This document shows, one piece after another, positions 60,067 to 64,000 of a stretch of DNA of 64,000 bases; the first letter of the stretch is position 1, and the number at the start of each line of letters is the position of its first letter. Source of the stretch: an uncultured Actinomycetes bacterium. GTDB taxonomy: Bacteria; Actinomycetota; UBA4738; HRBIN12. The stretch is taken from assembly GCA_963704885.1 (NCBI GenBank), contig CAVPIB010000004.1, positions 672,001-736,000 of the forward strand. The letters are read 5' to 3'. Position numbers and translations under genes: made by a program. A model generated the notes under the pieces. It was not told where the DNA came from, did no database searches, and worked only from the letters and a program-made list of their open reading frames with translations.

Positions 60067-61509
60067 GTGTCGCTGGACGTCGCGAAGATGGCCGTCGAGG
60101 CTGCGGTGAGAGCTGGAGCCGACTACTCCGACGCGCGGATGGGCACCGACGAGACCGAGTCCCTCACCATCCGCAACCAGGAGATGGAAGGGATCGACCG
60201 GTCCACATCGACCGGCGTTGGGGTGCGAGTCCTGGTCGCGGGTCGCTGGGGGTTCGCGGCCACGTCTCGGCTGGACGAGGCCGAGGTCGAACGCGCGGCC
60301 GAGCTGGCCGTGCAGATCGCCAAGGCAGCCTCCCATCAGCCCGGCGTCCCGGTGGAGCTCTCACCCGTCGAGCCCGTGGTGGCATCGTGGCGGAGCCCGA
60401 CGGGAGAGGATCCGTTCACGGTGCCCCTTGAAGAGAAGGTGGCCCTGCTGATGGAGGCCACCCGCCGGATGCAGACCGTGAGCGGCGTGACGTTCGCCGA
60501 GGGCGGTCTCGACCTCTTCCGACGATCGACGTGGTTCGCCTCGAGCGACGGCGCGGCGATCGACCAGGTCGTGGTCCACGCGGGCGGCGGGATCGAGGCC
60601 ACCGCCGTGGGGGACGGAGAGGTGCAGCGTCGCTCCTACCCGAACTCCTTCCGTGGTCACATCAAGGCGGCGGGCTGGGAGCACATCCGCACTCTCGGGT
60701 TGATCGAGGAGGCCGAGCGCACCGGCAGGGAGGCCGTCGAGCTGCTGGCCGCTCCAGAATGTCCGAGCGAGGTGACGACCCTCGTGCTCGACAGCGGGCA
60801 GATCGAGCTCCAGGTCCACGAGTCCATCGGTCACCCGATCGAGCTCGATCGGGTGCTCGGCATGGAGGAGGCCTACGCGGGTTCGTCGTTCCTGAAGCCC
60901 GAGGATCGCGGAACCCTGCGCTACGCGAGCCCCCTGGTCTCGATCACGGCCGACGCCTCGCTCCCCGGTGGACTCGGCTCGTTCGGATACGACGACGAAG
61001 GGGTACCTGCACAGCGGGTTCCGATCATCGAGGACGGCATCTTCCAGAACTTCTTGACCAGCCGGGAGACCGCGGCGGCCGTCGGGCAGGTCTCGAACGG
61101 AACCAGTCGCGCCGACGGTTGGTCGCACCTCCCGCTGATCCGGATGACGAACATCTCGATCGAGCCACGCGAGGGCTCGCTCGCCGAGATCATCGGAGAC
61201 ACGAAGGACGGCGTCTTCATGGCCACGAACCAGTCGTGGTCGATCGACGACAAGCGGATCAACTTCCAGTTCGGCTGCGAGATCGCGTGGCGTATCAAGG
61301 ACGGCAAGCTCACCCAGCTCTACCGCAACCCCAACTACACGGGCATAACGCCCGAGTTCTGGGGATCGTGCGACGCGGTGGCAGGACGCGAGGAGTGGAC
61401 CCTGTGGGGAACGCCCAACTGCGGAAAGGGCCAGCCGGGGCAGGTGGGCCGCGTGGGTCACGGCACGTCGCCCGCCAGGTTCCGCGACGTCCAGATCGGC
61501 GTGCGCTGA
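60067..61509 (+). CDS. tldD: TldD metalloprotease subunit
   Basis: GVGVRVL..GRWGFA, HESIGH..ELDR, YDDEG, PLIRMTN, NCGKGQPGQ. Confidence 0.93.
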   Translation: MSLDVAKMAVEAAVRAGADYSDARMGTDETESLTIRNQEMEGIDRSTSTGVGVRVLVAGRWGFAATSRLDEAEVERAAELAVQIAKAASHQPGVPVELSPVEPVVASWRSPTGEDPFTVPLEEKVALLMEATRRMQTVSGVTFAEGGLDLFRRSTWFASSDGAAIDQVVVHAGGGIEATAVGDGEVQRRSYPNSFRGHIKAAGWEHIRTLGLIEEAERTGREAVELLAAPECPSEVTTLVLDSGQIELQVHESIGHPIELDRVLGMEEAYAGSSFLKPEDRGTLRYASPLVSITADASLPGGLGSFGYDDEGVPAQRVPIIEDGIFQNFLTSRETAAAVGQVSNGTSRADGWSHLPLIRMTNISIEPREGSLAEIIGDTKDGVFMATNQSWSIDDKRINFQFGCEIAWRIKDGKLTQLYRNPNYTGITPEFWGSCDAVAGREEWTLWGTPNCGKGQPGQVGRVGHGTSPARFRDVQIGVR

Positions 61510-62858
61510 TGCCCGGGCTGATCGGGGCGGACGGCTTCGCGGAAGTGGCCGCTGCCGCGCTCAGTCTTCCCGGCGTCGACGGGGTCGAGGTGTTATCGAT
61601 CCATGAATGGAGTGGGATCACCCGATTCGCCAACTCCGAGATCCACCAGTCCACCTTCCGGGAAGACACGGCGCTTCGGGTCCGAGTGGTATCGCGCGGT
61701 CGCACCGGTGTCGCATCGTCGAACGACTTCAGCCAAAGCGGGGCCCGGGAAGCGGCCCGCAGTGCCAAGGAGATGGCCGACGTGGCGGCTCCCGATCCAC
61801 ACTTCCCCGGGCTCGCACCCAAGGTCGATATCCCCTCGGTCGACCGCTTCTCCGAGGCGACCGCCGGCGCCACGCCCGCATCCCGCGCCGACGCCGTGGC
61901 CGAGCTCATCGGCCAGAGCCCGGACGGCTTCGTGGCCGCCGGCGCCTTCGAGACGGCCGCGGTCGAGCTGGGGCTCGCCAACACCGAGGGACTCGCCTGC
62001 TGGTCGCCGTCGTCCATGGCGTCGCTGACCACCGTCATGACGGGGGGCGAACATGGAAGCGGGTTCGCAGAGTCGTTCGCAGGTTCGGCCGACCAGATCG
62101 ACGCCCAGGCGATCGGACTCCGCGCGGCGGACAAGGCTGTTGCCAGCCAGCGGCCCGTTGCGCTCGACCCCGGGACCTACGCCGTGGTCCTGGAGCCGTC
62201 CGCGGTGGCGACCCTAGCGGGGTTCCTGGCCTACGTCGGGTTCGGCGGGCGGACCTACCTGGAGGATCGTTCGTGCTTCAGCGGCAAGCAGGGCATGCAG
62301 GTGGCCGCCCCGTCCATCTCCATGTGGGACGACGCCACCGATCCCAGGACGTTGGGCGCGCCGTTCGATTTCGAGGGTGTGCCGCGCCAACGGGTCCAGC
62401 TCATCGAGGACGGGGTCTTCCTGGACGCCGTCTACGACATGCGAACGGCCAAACAGGCAGGACGAACCTCCACCGGGCATGGACTCCCCTCACCCAACCC
62501 CGAGGGGCCGTTCCCGCTCAACGTCTTCATGGCCGAAGGCGAGAGCACCGTCGAGGAGATGATCGGCGCCACGGAGCGAGGGCTGTTGGTGACCCGGTTC
62601 CACTACTCGAACATCGTGAACCCGGTGGAGTCGAGCATCACCGGCATGACCCGCGACGGCACGTTCCTGATCGAGCGCGGCGAGGTCGTTGGCCCCGTCA
62701 TGAACTTCCGGTTCACTCAGTCCATCCTCGATGCCCTATCGAGTGTCTCGCTCGTTGGGAATCGAGCGGAGCTCGCGAGCGAGTTCTTCTTCTCCGCCTC
62801 CCGCGTCCCAGCGCTCAAGGTCGAGGCGTTCCACTTCAGCGGCCGCAGCGACCACTAG
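61509..62858 (+). CDS. pmbA: TldE/PmbA subunit
   Basis: TRFANSEIHQ, LDPGTYAVVLEP.AV, PFDFEG, STGHG, TGMTRDG; TGATG coupling to tldD. Confidence 0.9.
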   Translation: MPGLIGADGFAEVAAAALSLPGVDGVEVLSIHEWSGITRFANSEIHQSTFREDTALRVRVVSRGRTGVASSNDFSQSGAREAARSAKEMADVAAPDPHFPGLAPKVDIPSVDRFSEATAGATPASRADAVAELIGQSPDGFVAAGAFETAAVELGLANTEGLACWSPSSMASLTTVMTGGEHGSGFAESFAGSADQIDAQAIGLRAADKAVASQRPVALDPGTYAVVLEPSAVATLAGFLAYVGFGGRTYLEDRSCFSGKQGMQVAAPSISMWDDATDPRTLGAPFDFEGVPRQRVQLIEDGVFLDAVYDMRTAKQAGRTSTGHGLPSPNPEGPFPLNVFMAEGESTVEEMIGATERGLLVTRFHYSNIVNPVESSITGMTRDGTFLIERGEVVGPVMNFRFTQSILDALSSVSLVGNRAELASEFFFSASRVPALKVEAFHFSGRSDH

Positions 62859-62913
62859 TAGTCTGTGGGTGGCGCGGCCCGTGTCCGCGCGGCCCGGTGA
62901 TCTAGGAGGAGCC

Positions 62914-63381
62914 ATGCAGGTCGGGGACATCATGCACACCGACGTGAAGACGGCCGACGCCGAGGACACGTTCGCAGACGTGGCGAAGACCATGCGGACG
63001 AACGGCATCTCCTCAGTCGTCGTGCTCGAGGGCAAGAAGCTGGGAGGCATCGTCACCGAACGGGACATCGTCAATCTGGTGGCGGCCGGAGGCGACCCTC
63101 ACTCAGTCAGGGTGGCGCACGGCATGACTCGACGCGACCTGATCACGGTGGGCCCGAAGACGGATATCGCCGAAGCCGCGGAGCTGATGGTGGATCGCAA
63201 CATCCGACACCTCCCGGTGGTGGATCGCACCCGCGTCGTCGGGTTGGTCTCCATCCGCGATCTCACGAAGTGGGCCGCCGAGGAGCTGGCCGGCGGTCAC
63301 GAGATGCCGGACATCGCGCGGAGCCACAAGGCGTTGCAGGCCGCGAGCGAACTCCAGAAGCAGCGTCGCAAGGGCGCCTAG
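62914..63381 (+). CDS. CBS domain pair protein
   Basis: VGDIM, GIVTERDI, IRHLPVVD..VVGLVSIRDL; SD AGGAGG. Confidence 0.92.
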   Translation: MQVGDIMHTDVKTADAEDTFADVAKTMRTNGISSVVVLEGKKLGGIVTERDIVNLVAAGGDPHSVRVAHGMTRRDLITVGPKTDIAEAAELMVDRNIRHLPVVDRTRVVGLVSIRDLTKWAAEELAGGHEMPDIARSHKALQAASELQKQRRKGA

Positions 63382-63429
63382 CTCGCGGATCTCGGAAAGA
63401 GTCAACCTGGGATCGGACGCGCTCGCCGG

Positions 63430-64000
63430 TCACAGCCCCGTCGCCAGCATCGCCCGAAGCGCGCCCGGCAGCTCATCCAAGCCGTGGATCGCGGCATCGG
63501 CCTCGGCGAGCTGTCCCGGGGTCGGATCGTCGGGCGCCTCACCTCTCAGCAGCCAGACGGCACGCATCCCGGCGGCCCTCGAAGGACGAACGTCGTAGTC
63601 CAGGCGATCGCCCACCATCGCGCTCCGGCCAGGCGCTACCGCGGCCGTCTGCAGAACGTGTGCGAACAACCGTGGGTCTGGCTTCTCCAGTCCAACGTCC
63701 TCGGAAACTCCCCACACCTCGAAGTACCCGTCGAGACCGTCACGACTCATGGCGTCTCTCACCGCGCTCGGCTGGTTGGCGATGACGCCCAAACGGTACT
63801 TCCCCGCGAGCGCCTCGAGGCACGGGACCACGTCGGGTTCAAGCGCGTCCGGCGGATACGCCCAATGCCGCGAGGCCTCGGCCTCGAGCGCCGCCACGTC
63901 GGCATGCTCCCCCAGGAATCGCTTCGCGAGCAGCCGGCGGAACGAGCCCGACTGCGCCGCGCGAGCCTGCCGGTAGACGTCGTCGAACTCCAGGTCGCTG
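63430..64000 (-). CDS. HAD family hydrolase (start outside window)
   Basis: LGVIANQ, SEDVGLEKPDP, MVGDRLDYDV. Confidence 0.88.
   Translation of the reverse strand, partial: SDLEFDDVYRQARAAQSGSFRRLLAKRFLGEHADVAALEAEASRHWAYPPDALEPDVVPCLEALAGKYRLGVIANQPSAVRDAMSRDGLDGYFEVWGVSEDVGLEKPDPRLFAHVLQTAAVAPGRSAMVGDRLDYDVRPSRAAGMRAVWLLRGEAPDDPTPGQLAEADAAIHGLDELPGALRAMLATGL

Overview
High-GC actinobacterial chromosome segment (inferred from the tRNA-fMet/UPF0182/PDZ-Lon/MoaE/zincin synteny, mycobacterial-type POL-PE-LIG LigD, DUF5319 and argCJBRGH); probably an uncultured deep-branching lineage from an error-prone long-read assembly, because single-base frameshifts hit housekeeping genes (argC twice, ligD, an ABC ATPase, an M1 peptidase, an amidohydrolase, an aminotransferase). 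It holds about 60 genes: initiator tRNA, mreB, moaE, aroF, upp, a BMP-type nucleoside ABC transporter, glnK-glnD, ku, vapBC, ligD, two class III nucleotide cyclases, the arg operon, rmuC and tldD/tldE. No CRISPR, transposase, integrase or phage genes were seen. The strongest unannotated signal is a complete ribosome-mediated attenuator upstream of aroF, whose 17-aa leader (MRDYVYGWFTHFGPGPA) carries Tyr, Trp and Phe codons together with mutually exclusive terminator and antiterminator helices. Other highlights are a ~250-nt highly paired non-coding stretch beside ku, a CysRS C-terminal-like domain fused to a GT2-like glycosyltransferase, a cyclase-propeller-solute-binding receptor fusion with a Glu specificity residue, a ku-GNAT-glnK-glnD operon without amtB, pervasive leaderless starts including an 18-bp bidirectional promoter, and several deletion scars. 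All family assignments come from motif recognition by eye; no searches or folding programs were run.
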